A stretch of DNA of 32,000 nucleotides from Paracoccus suum (GTDB lineage Bacteria > Pseudomonadota > Alphaproteobacteria > Rhodobacterales > Rhodobacteraceae): positions 750,001-782,000 of the forward strand of contig NZ_CP030918.1 in the NCBI RefSeq assembly GCF_003324675.1. Reading direction: 5' to 3'. Both the position numbers and the translations under genes were made by a program. Within the stretch, counting starts at the first letter, position 1; every line of letters starts with the position of its first letter. This document shows, piece after piece, positions 16,718 to 26,746 of this stretch. Below the pieces are notes generated by a model, which searched no databases, was not told the DNA's origin, and saw only the letters and a program-made list of their open reading frames with translations.

Positions 16718-18673
16718 ATCGGGCGCCCGGGTCGTCGTGTCGTCCGAGGGCTGTTCTGCGGCAAACAGATCGGCGCGCAGGGGATTGATGCGCCTCAAAT
16801 CCCCCCTGCGGTAGGTTATCCGGTGACGATCAAAGAAATCCAGAATCTCGATCGCGACCTTGCGTCCATTGCGCAGCTGGTCGCGAAACGCCGGGGCAGC
16901 GAACCAGCCGGTCGGGGCGGCCTCTGACAGGGCCCGCGCGATCTGGACCATTTCTGAAGTGACGGCGCGGTCGAAGAAGTGGTCGCGGGCAATCTGATCC
17001 ACGCGGCCCATGCGCGCAGCGAGGCGCAGGATGCGGCGAAGATTGTCTTCGTCCTCGGACAATTCGGTGGCGAAGTCGCGCACGCGGGGCGGGCGAAAGC
17101 GGCCCTCGCCGAGGAGGGCCGGCGCAATGCGGGTGAAGAGGGCCTCGTCGGGCGGTGTGAGCGTGGGGGCGTGGCTAGGCAGGGCAACGAAGCCGCCCTT
17201 TAGGTGGAGGGCTCCCCGGGCCGCCTCGGCCTTCAGCAAGGTCGCAAAGGCAGAGGCTGGCAGGCGTGGGGTCAGGGAAAGGCGCAAACGCTCTGCCGCG
17301 ATGCCCGGCAGATCGGGATGTTCCACGTGAAACATTTGCAGCCGCTTTGACATCGCTGTCCGTAGGCTGTGGATCGTTGCCGCCGATAGCACGAGGCGCT
17401 GCGGCGCGACGCCGATGGTCACCGTGGCAGTCGCCTGAAGCGCAGCGTCGCCCTCGCCCGGCGTCAGGGCGCGGTCGCGGATAAAGTTGTCGAGATCGAC
17501 GCTACCCCCGGGCAGCTCCAATTGTGCCGAAAGTGCCTCCGCCGGGACTGGCGGGAGCGACGCCATCAAAGCTGCGCGGCGGGCCGCCGTCGCACGTTTT
17601 CTGGCCGGCGGGCGCAGGTCGATGAATTGCCCCCCGCCGAGCGTGCGTTGGCCCGAGGCGTCGCGCAGGATGTATCGCCGTCCCCAGGACGTGGCGATCG
17701 GCCGGTCGAGGACCAGCTGAACCCAGGCGGCGGGGCCTCCCGGCAGCGCCGCGGCCCCCAGGGGGACCACCCGCGCGACCGCCTCGGCCGTGGCAGTGTG
17801 CAGATGCACCTGCGCTCCGCTCCGGAGGGGCGCAATCTCGGACGCGAGCAGCCGCAGCGTGGCGTCGATGCGCGCCGTGGGTGCGTGGAGGCTCGGGTCA
17901 ACGATTTCGTCCCCACGCCTGATGGCTTCGCGCGTAATGGCCGGCCCGGCGAGGTTCAGTGCGACTCGCTGCCCCGCCACGGCCGTTGCAACTGCCTGGT
18001 TCTCCGCCCGCAACTCGCGCACCCGTGCGGCAAGGCCGGTTGGGCTGACCACCACGCTCGCGCCGGCCGCGATGCTGCCCGAATGCACCGTTCCGGTGAC
18101 CACCGTTCCCGCCCCGCTGAGGGTGAAGCTGCGATCGACCGCGAGCCTGAAGCCGCGGCCCTGCTGAGGGGGCGCCACATCCTGCGCCGCCAGTATTGCC
18201 CGCAGCGCCGCAATACCCTCGCCCGTCAGGGCGGAAACTGGCAGTGCCGGCGCGCCCGTCAGGGAGGTCGGCGCTAGGAGCGCGTTGATTTCGGCCGTCA
18301 CCGCCGTGATCCGGGCTGCAGGCACCCGGTCCGCCTTGGTCAGTGCCACCACCAGGCGCGGCACGCCGAGCAAGTCGAGGATCGCCAGATGCTCGCGTGT
18401 TTGTGGCATGATGCCGTCGTCGGCGGCCACCACCAGCAGCCCGAGGTTGATCCCGCCCGCACCCGCCACCATGGCGTGGACCAGCCGCTTGTGGCCCGGC
18501 ACATCGACAAAGCCGGTGATGCGGCCATTGCCGAGGTCGGTATAGGCAAATCCCAGCGCGATGGTGATGCCGCGTGCCTTTTCCTCGGCAAGCCTGTCGG
18601 TGTCGGTGCCCGTGAGCGCCAGCACGAGGGCGGTCTTGCCATGATCGATGTGCCCGGCCGTGCCGACAATCAC
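16670..18673 (-). CDS. selB: Selenocysteine-specific translation elongation factor SelB
   Basis: 667 aa. The G-domain has MIVGTAGHIDHGKTAL, DVPGH and TKAD. C-terminal winged-helix repeats end at ...AIEILDFFDRHRITYRRGDLRRI. GTG 18673 forms a GTGA overlap with the selA stop. The stop TGA 16672-16670 lies inside selC. Confidence 0.92.
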   Translation of the reverse strand: MIVGTAGHIDHGKTALVLALTGTDTDRLAEEKARGITIALGFAYTDLGNGRITGFVDVPGHKRLVHAMVAGAGGINLGLLVVAADDGIMPQTREHLAILDLLGVPRLVVALTKADRVPAARITAVTAEINALLAPTSLTGAPALPVSALTGEGIAALRAILAAQDVAPPQQGRGFRLAVDRSFTLSGAGTVVTGTVHSGSIAAGASVVVSPTGLAARVRELRAENQAVATAVAGQRVALNLAGPAITREAIRRGDEIVDPSLHAPTARIDATLRLLASEIAPLRSGAQVHLHTATAEAVARVVPLGAAALPGGPAAWVQLVLDRPIATSWGRRYILRDASGQRTLGGGQFIDLRPPARKRATAARRAALMASLPPVPAEALSAQLELPGGSVDLDNFIRDRALTPGEGDAALQATATVTIGVAPQRLVLSAATIHSLRTAMSKRLQMFHVEHPDLPGIAAERLRLSLTPRLPASAFATLLKAEAARGALHLKGGFVALPSHAPTLTPPDEALFTRIAPALLGEGRFRPPRVRDFATELSEDEDNLRRILRLAARMGRVDQIARDHFFDRAVTSEMVQIARALSEAAPTGWFAAPAFRDQLRNGRKVAIEILDFFDRHRITYRRGDLRRINPLRADLFAAEQPSDDTTTRAPDGGESSPVGRPDFKSG

Positions 18674-20070
18674 CGAACCGCCTCGGCGATGGCCGACAGC
18701 AGCGCCGGTTCGTCGCCGGGCCGCAGGCAGCGCAGATCGAGGATCACGGCGCCATCCCGCACCCGGCCGATTACCGGCTGCCCGCCGCTGCGCAGCCTGG
18801 CTGCCAGACGATCAGGGGCCGCGCCGTCAGTTGAGGGCGGTGCCAGCGCCAAGGCGGCCGACGCGATCAGGTCAGTCGGCAGCGCACCCGAACCGACCTG
18901 GCTGTCGCATGAAATTACAGAAGCCGTGATGCCAGATGCGCCCAAGGCGTCGTTGGCCCGACCCAGCAGCGCCTCGGCCTGTGCGGCAATCTCGGCTTGC
19001 GAACGGCTCAACATGGCGAGAACCGGCAGCCGCTCCGTCAGGCGGTCCGGGTCGAGATACAGGCGCAGTGTCGCGTACAGCGCCGCGATGCGGATCTTGT
19101 CGAGGCGCAGTGCGCGCTTCATCGGGTTGCGGTTGATGGCCGTGATCGCCTCGCGCCGTCCGACGATAAAGCCGGCTTGCGGGCCGCCCAGCAGCTTGTC
19201 GCCAGAGAACGTCACGACATGGGCACCCTCGGCAACTGCCTCAGCGACGGTCGGCTCGCGCCGCAGGCCCCAGCGGCCCAGATCGACCAGCGAGCCTGAG
19301 CCGAGGTCGTTGAGCAAGGGCACGCCGGCCTCGTCAGCCAGTGCCGCGAGGCGCGGGGCTGAAACCTCGGCGGTGAACCCCTGGATGCGGTAGTTTGAGG
19401 TATGGACCTTGAGGATCAGGCCGGTTTGGGGCCCGAGGGCACCGCGATAATCACGCTCATGCGTGCGGTTGGTCGTGCCGACCTCGCGCAGTTGGACGCC
19501 GGCGCGCGCCATGATGTCAGGCATGCGGAAGGCGCCGCCGATCTCTATCAGCTCGCCGCGCGAAACGATGGCCTCGCGGCCAGCCCCGAGGGTATTCAGC
19601 GCCAGCAACACGGCGGCGGCGTTGTTGTTGACGACCGTGGCGTCCTCGGCCCCGGTCAGCTCGCACAGCAAGGCGCGCAGGTGGGCGTCGCGCTCGCCCC
19701 GTGCGCCGGTCGCAAGGTCGTATTCCAGCGCGATGGGATCGCGCATCGCCTCGGTCGCGGCGGCGATGGCAGGCTCTGCCAGCAGGGCGCGGCCGAGGTT
19801 GGTGTGCAGGACCGTGCCAGTCAGGTTGAGCACCGTGCGCAGGGGGCTGAGGGCGGCGGCGGCCAGATTGGCCTCGGCGGTCGCGATGACCTGCGCTGCT
19901 GGGGCGGCCGAGGCGGGTGCGCCCTCGCGGATGGCGCTGCGCAGCTCCGCCAGTGCGGCGCGCAGGGCGCCGGTTGCCAGCGCCTTGCCGTAGTGTCGCG
20001 CCAAAGATTGTCCGTCGGGAGCCATGAGCAACTGGTCCACCGAGGGCAGCGCGCGTAGCCCCGGCTCCAT
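18670..20070 (-). CDS. selA: L-seryl-tRNA(Sec) selenium transferase SelA
   Basis: 466 aa. VNNNAAAVLLAL and the PLP-lysine motif VTFSGDKLLGGPQAG are present. ATG 20070 shares 1 nt with the fdhE stop. Confidence 0.93.
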   Translation of the reverse strand: MEPGLRALPSVDQLLMAPDGQSLARHYGKALATGALRAALAELRSAIREGAPASAAPAAQVIATAEANLAAAALSPLRTVLNLTGTVLHTNLGRALLAEPAIAAATEAMRDPIALEYDLATGARGERDAHLRALLCELTGAEDATVVNNNAAAVLLALNTLGAGREAIVSRGELIEIGGAFRMPDIMARAGVQLREVGTTNRTHERDYRGALGPQTGLILKVHTSNYRIQGFTAEVSAPRLAALADEAGVPLLNDLGSGSLVDLGRWGLRREPTVAEAVAEGAHVVTFSGDKLLGGPQAGFIVGRREAITAINRNPMKRALRLDKIRIAALYATLRLYLDPDRLTERLPVLAMLSRSQAEIAAQAEALLGRANDALGASGITASVISCDSQVGSGALPTDLIASAALALAPPSTDGAAPDRLAARLRSGGQPVIGRVRDGAVILDLRCLRPGDEPALLSAIAEAVR

Positions 20071-21041
20071 CAGTAGCCTGCAAGAAACGGGTTCGCCCCC
20101 GCCCTGCGCCAGCGGCTGTCGGCCATGCGCAGGTCCAGTCCCAGGCTGGCAACATCATCGGCGATCGGTTCGACCCCTGGCAGGCGCAGTTGGTAGAATA
20201 CCTTCAGCCATGTGCCGCATTCGTTGCAGCATTCGGCCTTGATCGCCGGCTCGCTGGCGCGCGCGGTCCGGTCGTTAGCCGGTGCGTCCCCAGCTTCCTC
20301 GAGGCCGCGATAGGACATTGATTTCATTGACCCGCAGCTGAGGCATTTGACCCGGACCTCGTTCCAGCGGCTGCTGCAGGCTGCGCAGCAGGCGTAGCGG
20401 CTGCCCTCCAGCGTCTCGAGACCGGCGGTCACGACGGATGCCGCCGGGCGGCCGCCGCAGGCTGGGCAGATTCCGGTTGCGACGGGCTCCAGCGCCTCGG
20501 GGCCGAGGGCTGCCGCGCGGCGCGCGAGATCGACCTGCGCGGCGGCCGCGGCGAGGATATAGGCCGCGATTGCGTCAGTCGGCACCCGATCCTCCAGGAC
20601 CGCAGCGCGCAAATCGCGTCGCTCTGCCGGAGTTGCCGCGACGACTGCATCGCGGGCCTGTGCGGCAGCAGGCGGCAAGTGGGCATCCCGCAAGAGGTCG
20701 AGATAGCCCTTTAAGGCCCCCTCAGACTCGGGTTCGTCCAAAAGAGCAGTCCGATCGATTGGCGGCATTCCCATGCCGCGCAACTGCGCCATCCTGTCGT
20801 GCGCTGGCGGCTGGGCTGGCCCGAGCCTCCCGGCCAGTTCGGCCTGGGCGTCCATCAGCGTGGCAAGAAAGGACAGATAGGCCGAGGCCGGATGCCCAGG
20901 AGCCAGGGCGCGGCATCGGCTGGCACGAGCCGCGAAGATGCGCGCCGGGTCCGGCAGGAAGGCAAAAGGCGGGGTTGGGACGCCGCCGGTGATGGGTGTC
21001 GCAGTTTGCGTCATCAACATCCCCCGAAGCCGACCGGCCAT
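20070..21041 (-). CDS. fdhE: Formate dehydrogenase accessory protein FdhE
   Basis: 323 aa with the paired Cys motifs of FdhE: CPACGG, CCAAC...CLSCGS and CCNECGTWLK. It lies directly downstream of fdnGHI. Confidence 0.9.
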   Translation of the reverse strand: MAGRLRGMLMTQTATPITGGVPTPPFAFLPDPARIFAARASRCRALAPGHPASAYLSFLATLMDAQAELAGRLGPAQPPAHDRMAQLRGMGMPPIDRTALLDEPESEGALKGYLDLLRDAHLPPAAAQARDAVVAATPAERRDLRAAVLEDRVPTDAIAAYILAAAAAQVDLARRAAALGPEALEPVATGICPACGGRPAASVVTAGLETLEGSRYACCAACSSRWNEVRVKCLSCGSMKSMSYRGLEEAGDAPANDRTARASEPAIKAECCNECGTWLKVFYQLRLPGVEPIADDVASLGLDLRMADSRWRRAGANPFLAGY

Positions 21042-21060
21042 GGGTTCCGGCGGAACCCCT

Positions 21061-21762
21061 TTAGTCTGCGGGATCGCGGGACTGACGTCTAGCCATCTCG
21101 CGCAGCCACTTGCGGTGATGCTTCCACGCCCAGCCGCCCGTGACGGTTCCGCGCGTCATGGCGCGGATGGTACCGCGGGTCCAGAATGCTGCGAAGACGT
21201 GCAGGATGAAGACCAGGATGATCGCCACCGCGGCAATCGAGTGGATCAGCATCGCCAGCCGTCGGGTGGGGATGCTGACGAGCGTGCCGAAATATTGCTG
21301 CCAGATCATGATTCCCGTGGCAATCAGCACCAGGATCAGGGCGAACATCGCCCAGAAGACGAACTTTTGCCCGAGGTTGTATTTTCCCAACTCCGGCAAC
21401 CGCTCCTCGTTATCGGTGACGACATCTCGGATGTTGCGGGCCCAGACGATGTCCTCGCGCCGCAGCAGGTTCAGCCGCCAGAGTTGGGCGAACAGGATGA
21501 GGAAGCTGAGGACCAGCACTATTCCGATCCAGGGATGGATCCAGCGCGTCGTCTGGCCCCCGCCGAACAGCCCGGTCATGAAGTAAAGGGCCGGGTGAAA
21601 CAGCGCGAGGCCGGACAGCAGAAGCAGGATAAGCGCGGTTGCAGTGATCCAGTGGTTGACGCGGGTAAAGCCGCGATAGCGGCTGACCTCGACCTCCGGC
21701 GCGACCGCGATGATGGCATCGCCGCTTTGAGAGAACTGGCGTTTGCGGCGGGGCCCGCTCAT
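21061..21762 (-). CDS. fdnI: Formate dehydrogenase gamma subunit (cytochrome b556)
   Basis: 233 aa with four TM helices. Conserved His residues are in RVNHWITA and IHSIAAV...ILHVF. There is an ATGA overlap with the beta subunit stop. N-type and O-type isoenzymes cannot be distinguished. Confidence 0.9.
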   Translation of the reverse strand: MSGPRRKRQFSQSGDAIIAVAPEVEVSRYRGFTRVNHWITATALILLLLSGLALFHPALYFMTGLFGGGQTTRWIHPWIGIVLVLSFLILFAQLWRLNLLRREDIVWARNIRDVVTDNEERLPELGKYNLGQKFVFWAMFALILVLIATGIMIWQQYFGTLVSIPTRRLAMLIHSIAAVAIILVFILHVFAAFWTRGTIRAMTRGTVTGGWAWKHHRKWLREMARRQSRDPAD

Positions 21763-22763
21763 GCGCTGTCCTTTCCGGCGGGAACGACGTGCTCGACCTC
21801 GACCAGCTCCTCGGCCTCACGCTCGTCGGTCAGGCGGACCCTGTTGGCGCGGGTGGTCAGGCCCATGACGGCGCTGCCGACCGCAGCCAGCGCGATGGCG
21901 GCAAGGCCCGCCGTCTTGGCCGGACCTTTCCAGACCTCGACCGAGGCCGCGATCTTGGGATCGGAGGGCAGGTCGTTGTAGATCTGCGGCTTGTCGGCAT
22001 GTTGCAGTACATAGAACACATGCGTGCCGCCGACGCCGGCCGGATCATAGATGCCGGCGTTGTCGTAGCCGCGCGATTTCAGGTCGGCGACCCGTTCCTC
22101 GGCATGGGCGACCATGTCTTCCTTGGTGCCAAAGACGATGGCCTGCGTCGGGCACGCCTTGGCGCAAGCCGGGCCCTGCCCGACAGCCACCCGGTCGCTG
22201 CACAGTGTGCACTTGTGCGACTTGTGCGTAACCTCGCTGACGCGCGGGATGTTGAACGGGCACCCCGTGATGCAGTAGCCGCAGCCGATGCAGTTGTCGG
22301 TGATGAAATCGACGATGCCGTTGGAATACTGCACGATCGCCCCGGGCGCCGGGCAGGCCTTGAGGCAACCGGGATCCTCGCAATGCATGCAGCCGTCCTT
22401 GCGGATCAGCCATTCGAGGTTGTCGGTCTCCGGATTCACCCATTCGTTGAAGCGCATCAGGGTGAACATTTCCGGTGTCAGATCGTGCGGATTCTCGTAG
22501 TGGCCGACGTTCTCCTCGATCGCGGGGTGCGTGTCGTTCCACTCGATGCAGGCCGATTGGCAGGCCTTGCAGCCGATGCATTTGCTGACGTCGATTAGCT
22601 TGGCGACCTTTTCCAGCTGCCGTTCGGGCGCCGGCACATCCATCGTCGCCGAGATCCGGACCACGTCGCGGGCATCGAACCCGACGCCCAGCGGCGCCAC
22701 GACCGGATTGGATACCGCAGTGGTGGGTTGTTCGGCGACTCCGCTGGCGGGTTGCGTTGTCAT
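21759..22763 (-). CDS. fdnH: Formate dehydrogenase beta subunit (4x[4Fe-4S], C-terminal membrane anchor)
   Basis: 334 aa. Ferredoxin motifs are [37 protein letters not shown] and CTLCSDRV...CAKACP. The C-terminal TM segment is [17 protein letters not shown]. There is an ATGA overlap with the fdnG stop. Confidence 0.93.
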   Translation of the reverse strand: MTTQPASGVAEQPTTAVSNPVVAPLGVGFDARDVVRISATMDVPAPERQLEKVAKLIDVSKCIGCKACQSACIEWNDTHPAIEENVGHYENPHDLTPEMFTLMRFNEWVNPETDNLEWLIRKDGCMHCEDPGCLKACPAPGAIVQYSNGIVDFITDNCIGCGYCITGCPFNIPRVSEVTHKSHKCTLCSDRVAVGQGPACAKACPTQAIVFGTKEDMVAHAEERVADLKSRGYDNAGIYDPAGVGGTHVFYVLQHADKPQIYNDLPSDPKIAASVEVWKGPAKTAGLAAIALAAVGSAVMGLTTRANRVRLTDEREAEELVEVEHVVPAGKDSA

Positions 22764-25700
22764 GCGACCGGCTCCCCTGCATATGGTTCGATGTTGACCA
22801 GAAACGCCTTGAATTCAGGCGTTTCGATATTGGCGTCACCGACATAGGGCGTCAGAGAGTTCGGTCCGAAGCCCTTGCGTGCCGCCCCGAGAAAGCCCCA
22901 GTGCAGAGGGATTCCGACCACATGGATGACCTTTCCGTCGCAGGTCAACGGCCGGATCCGCTTGGTCACCAGCGCCTTCGAGGTGATCGAGCCACGCTTG
23001 GACCAGACCCGTACCGTGCTGCCGCCCTTGATCCCCTTTTCGGCCGCAAGCTCTTCGCTGATTTCGACGAAGGCCTGGGGCTGCAGGACCGAGTTCACCC
23101 AGTTGTGCTTGGTCCAGTAGTGGAAATGCTCGGTTAGGCGGTAGCTGGTGCCGACGTACGGGAACTCGTCGCTGGTGCCGAAGGTCGCAACATCCCGCTC
23201 GAACACCCGGGCGACGGGGTTGCCGCGCATCCGGGGGTTGAAGACGTTCTGCACCGGGCTCTCGAACGGCTCCATATGCGTGGGGAATGGTCCGTCGCGC
23301 ATGAGCGCGCGGCTGAACAGGCGCGACACGCCCTCCTGGTTCATGATGAAGGGCATGACCACACCGGGCTTTGCGGTGGGCGCGATGTCCGGGACGTCGT
23401 AGCCGTCCCATTTCTCGCCATTCCAAGCGATCACCTTCCGGCTGGGATCCCAGGGATTGCCCGTGAGGTCCGCAGAGGCGCGGTTGTAGAGGATGCGGCG
23501 GTTCAGCGGCCAGCTGAACGCCCATTTCGAGTACATCCCGGTATTGTCGGGATCGGTATTATCCCGCCGGGCCATGTTGTTGCCGTCCTCGTTCCAGCAG
23601 CCGGAATAGATCCAGCAGCCGCAGGCGGTCGATCCGTCGTCGCGCAACTGGCTGAAGTTCAGGACCTGCTTGCCGGCCTCGACCACTACCTTGGACGGAT
23701 CGGTCAGATCCGCCACCGGAGTCAGCGCGCGGCCATTCAGTTCCTTGGCGAGTTCGGCGGGCGACGGCTCGTCCGGGTCGGCGTAGTCCCAGGTCAGGTT
23801 CAGGACAGGTTCGGGAACAGTGCCGCCTTCCTTGCGGTAAAGCTCCCGCACCCGCAGGAACAGCTGCGCCATGATCCAGACGTCATTCCTGGCCTCGCCC
23901 GGCGGCGATGCGCCAGCCCAGTGCCATTGCAGCCACCGGCTGGAGTTGACGAGTGAGCCCTCGTCCTCGGCAAAGCACGTCGAGGGCAGTTGGATCACCT
24001 CGGTCTGGATCGCAGCCGAGTCGACGTCATTGTATTCGCCGTGATTTTCCCAGAACCGGGCGGTCTCCGTCTGCAGCGGGTCCATTACGACCAGCAGCTT
24101 GAGCTTGGCGAGCGCTTCGGTCAGCTTGCCCCTGTTGGACAGGGCCAGCAGCGGGTTGAAACCCTGGCAGAAGTAGAGATTGACGTGCCCGTCATTCATC
24201 AACTCGAACATGCGCAGCATGTCGTAGGCCGGAACATCCAGCTTGGTCAGGTAGTCATAGGCCCAGTCGTTCTCGGCCCGCGCCGCGTCGCCCCACATGG
24301 CCTTCATGAAGCTGACCATGAATTTGGGATAGTTCTGCCAGTAGCTGGTCTGGTCTGGTTGTAGCGGCTTGAACTGGCGCGAATTCATGTAGGTCGCCCA
24401 GTCCACCTCCTTCTCGGTCGGCACGTTTAGGTAACCGGCGAGGAGGTTCGACATCAGGCCGATGTCGGTCAGGCCCTGGATGTTGGAATGACCGCGCAAG
24501 GCGTTCATGCCGCCACCGCGAACCCCGATATTCCCCAGGATCAGCTGCAGCATCGCCATGCCGCGGATGTTCTGCGAGCCTTTCGAATGTTGCGTCCAGC
24601 CCAGCGCATACATCGACGTCATCGTCTTGGTCGGCGACGAGCATTCGCCGATCATCTCGGCGATGTGCAGGAACCTGTCCTTGGGCGTGCCGGTGATGTT
24701 CTCGACAAACTCGGGCGTGTAAACCTCGACATGCGCCTTGAGCAGGCTCCACACGCAGCGCGGGTCCTGCAGCGTCGGGTCGGTTTTGGCGATGCCGTCC
24801 TCGTCGATGACGTAGTCCCAGCTGGCCCGGTCATAGTCGCGCTTGGCCTCATCGTAGCCAGTGAAGAGGCCGTCCGCCCAGCCGAACTCGTCCTTCACGA
24901 TGAAGGCTGCGTTGGTGAAGGCCTTGACGTAGTCCCACTGGACCTTGTCGTTGGCGATCATCCAGCGGATCAGGCCCATCAGGAAAACGATATCGCTGCC
25001 CGGACGGATCGGTGCGTAATAGTCGGCAACCGCCGCCGTGCGTGTAAAGCGCGGATCGACCACGATCAGCTTGGCGCCTCGATGCGCCTTGGCCTCGGTC
25101 ACCCATTTAAAGCCGCACGGATGGGCCTCGGCGGCATTGCCGCCCATGACGATCACGAGGTCGGTATTCTTGATGTCGGTCCAGGAGTTGGTCATCGCTC
25201 CACGGCCAAATGTCGGGCCCAAACTGGACACCGTGGGGCCGTGTCAGACGCGCGCCTGGTTGTCGAATCCTGCTATGCCGAGCCCCTTGACGACCTTGAA
25301 AGTCGCCCAGGCTGTCTCGTTGGTGGTGGCCGATGCGGCCAGAAAACCCGTGGTGGTCCAACGGTTTACCGGAACGCCGACGTCATTGAACGCAACCATG
25401 TTGGCATCGCGGTCGTCCTTCATCGCCCGGGCGATGCGGTCGAACGCGTCATTCCACGAAATCGGCTCGAACGCCGTCGCACCGGGCCGGCGGATCATCG
25501 GCTGGCTGAGGCGCGTTTCAGCCCGCACAAAGTCCTTGAGCGCGGCGCCCTTGGGGCAGAGCGTCCCGCGGTTCGTCGGGTGGTCGGCGTCCCCTTCGAC
25601 GTGGACCAACTCCGCCACCTCGCCATTGCGCAGGTCGCCCTTGGAATAGAGGATGACGCCGCAGGCGACCGAGCAGTAGGGACAGGTGTTTCGGGTTTCG

Positions 25701-25846
25701 GTCATGGCGGTCAGCTTGAAGGGCCGCGTATATGCCGCAACTGCTGCCTCTGCCTCGCTGAACCCGAAGGCCCCCAGCGCGGTCGTTGCCACGACCCCCG
25801 CACCCGCGAGCTTGAAAAAGCCCCGACGCGAGAGATCGACGTTCAT
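22760..25846 (-). CDS. fdnG: Formate dehydrogenase (N/O-type) catalytic alpha subunit, Tat-exported molybdopterin selenoprotein; contains an in-frame UGA (Sec)
   Basis: Two ORF-track pieces (25244-25852 and 22760-25231) are in one frame, separated only by TGA 25246-25244. The junction reads [29 protein letters not shown], the conserved Sec context of FdnG/FdoG. The twin-arginine signal is [17 protein letters not shown] and the Fe-S motif is [12 protein letters not shown] 25846 has an AAGGGGG SD. Confidence 0.93.
25201..25243 (-). promoter_or_regulatory. Putative bacterial SECIS hairpin immediately 3' of the fdnG UGA
   Basis: The mRNA reads UGA-CACGGCC-CCA-CGG-U-GUCCA-GUU-UGGGC-CCG-ACAUUU-GGCCGUG. 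It folds into a 7-bp basal stem, an internal loop, a 3-bp stem, a bulged U, a 5-bp apical stem and a G/U loop about 20 nt after the UGA. This resembles the E. coli fdhF/fdnG SECIS architecture. Folded by hand only. Confidence 0.55.
25244..25246 (-). other. UGA selenocysteine codon of fdnG
   Basis: TGA on the minus strand sits exactly at the position of the catalytic Sec in the ...ARV-U-HGP... motif. The complete selABCD machinery is adjacent. Confidence 0.9.
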
Positions 25847-25919
25847 CGCCACCCCCCTTGCCTAATCGCGCAAAAACAGCGCCTTTGGTCCCTTCAGTGT
25901 TGGGCCGATGAGAGATTCT

Positions 25920-25973
25920 GTCAACCTGTTTGACCCCTTGCGCGTCCTGAGGCGGTTTTGACGGCGCGTCCTG
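25920..25973. repeat. Palindrome GTCAA-N5-TTGAC plus two exact 10-bp direct repeats (GCGCGTCCTG) in the fdhD-fdnG spacer
   Basis: The plus strand has GTCAACCTGTTTGAC at 25920-25934. GCGCGTCCTG occurs at 25940-25949 and again at 25964-25973, each preceded by TTTGAC. A perfect -35-like TTGACA on the minus strand (25924-25919) overlaps the palindrome. Confidence 0.5.
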
Positions 25974-25981
25974 GGGACGGG

Positions 25982-26746
25982 TCAGCCCTCGCCCCGGCTA
26001 AGCCAATCCACCCGTCCACGTCGCACCGGGGCGGCCAGCATCAGCCCCGCGGCGCGGGCTGCGTCGACGGCAGCGGTGGTCGGCGCAGAAACCGCGAGCA
26101 AAAGCGGCGCCCCCAGAGTCACGCATTTCTGCACCAGATCCACCGACACCCGGCTGGTCAGGACCACCGCGCCTGCAGGGGGATCGCGTCCCCGCAAGGC
26201 GCCGGCCAACTTGTCGAGCGCGTTGTGCCGGCCAACATCCTCGCGCAGGGCAACGAGGCCTTCTGCGGGGGTCCAAAACCCGGCGGCGTGGGTGGCGCGC
26301 GTGGCATCACGCAGTGGCTGGGCGGCGTCGAGGGTGGCGACGGCTGCTTCGGCCTCGGTATCGCTCAGCCTCAGGGGGGTGGCGGGCAATTGTGGCAGGC
26401 CGCGCATCGCCTCGGCCAGCGTTTCGATCCCGCAGAGCCCGCAACCGACCGGACCGACACGGCGGCGGCGGCGGGCGGCGAGGCGGCCGGCGACCTCCTC
26501 GGACACCCAGATCTGCAGATCGATGCCGAGGGGCGTGACCAAGGGCTCGATCCGTTCGATCTGCTGCGGCGTCGCGAGGCCCTCGGTCAGCGAAAAACCG
26601 TAGGCGAAATCAATCAGATCGGTCGGACTGGCCATCAGCACCGCCTCGGTCGAGCCGTTGTAGCTGAGGGCGACCGCCACCTCTGTCGCCAGCGGCCGGG
26701 CTGCGCCGCTTCGCTGGTCGGTCGAGGATGGCACCGGCACGGTCAT
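25982..26746 (-). CDS. fdhD: Formate dehydrogenase accessory sulfurtransferase FdhD
   Basis: 254 aa starting MTVPVPSS... Motifs GPVGCGLCGIE and EDVGRHNALDKL are FdhD hallmarks. ATG 26746 forms an ATGA overlap with the yihY-like gene's stop. The 499-aa ORF-track entry is this gene plus an out-of-frame upstream extension. Confidence 0.9.
   Translation of the reverse strand: MTVPVPSSTDQRSGAARPLATEVAVALSYNGSTEAVLMASPTDLIDFAYGFSLTEGLATPQQIERIEPLVTPLGIDLQIWVSEEVAGRLAARRRRRVGPVGCGLCGIETLAEAMRGLPQLPATPLRLSDTEAEAAVATLDAAQPLRDATRATHAAGFWTPAEGLVALREDVGRHNALDKLAGALRGRDPPAGAVVLTSRVSVDLVQKCVTLGAPLLLAVSAPTTAAVDAARAAGLMLAAPVRRGRVDWLSRGEG

Noticed and set aside
25231-25246. fdnG as a disrupted gene or pseudogene (two ORFs)
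   Set aside because: The interruption is a single in-frame TGA at the conserved Sec position. A SECIS-like hairpin follows it and a full selABCD set is adjacent.
24488-25933. A 481-aa plus-strand ORF
   Set aside because: It is antisense to the fdnG 5' half and runs across the fdnG promoter region. It has no motifs.
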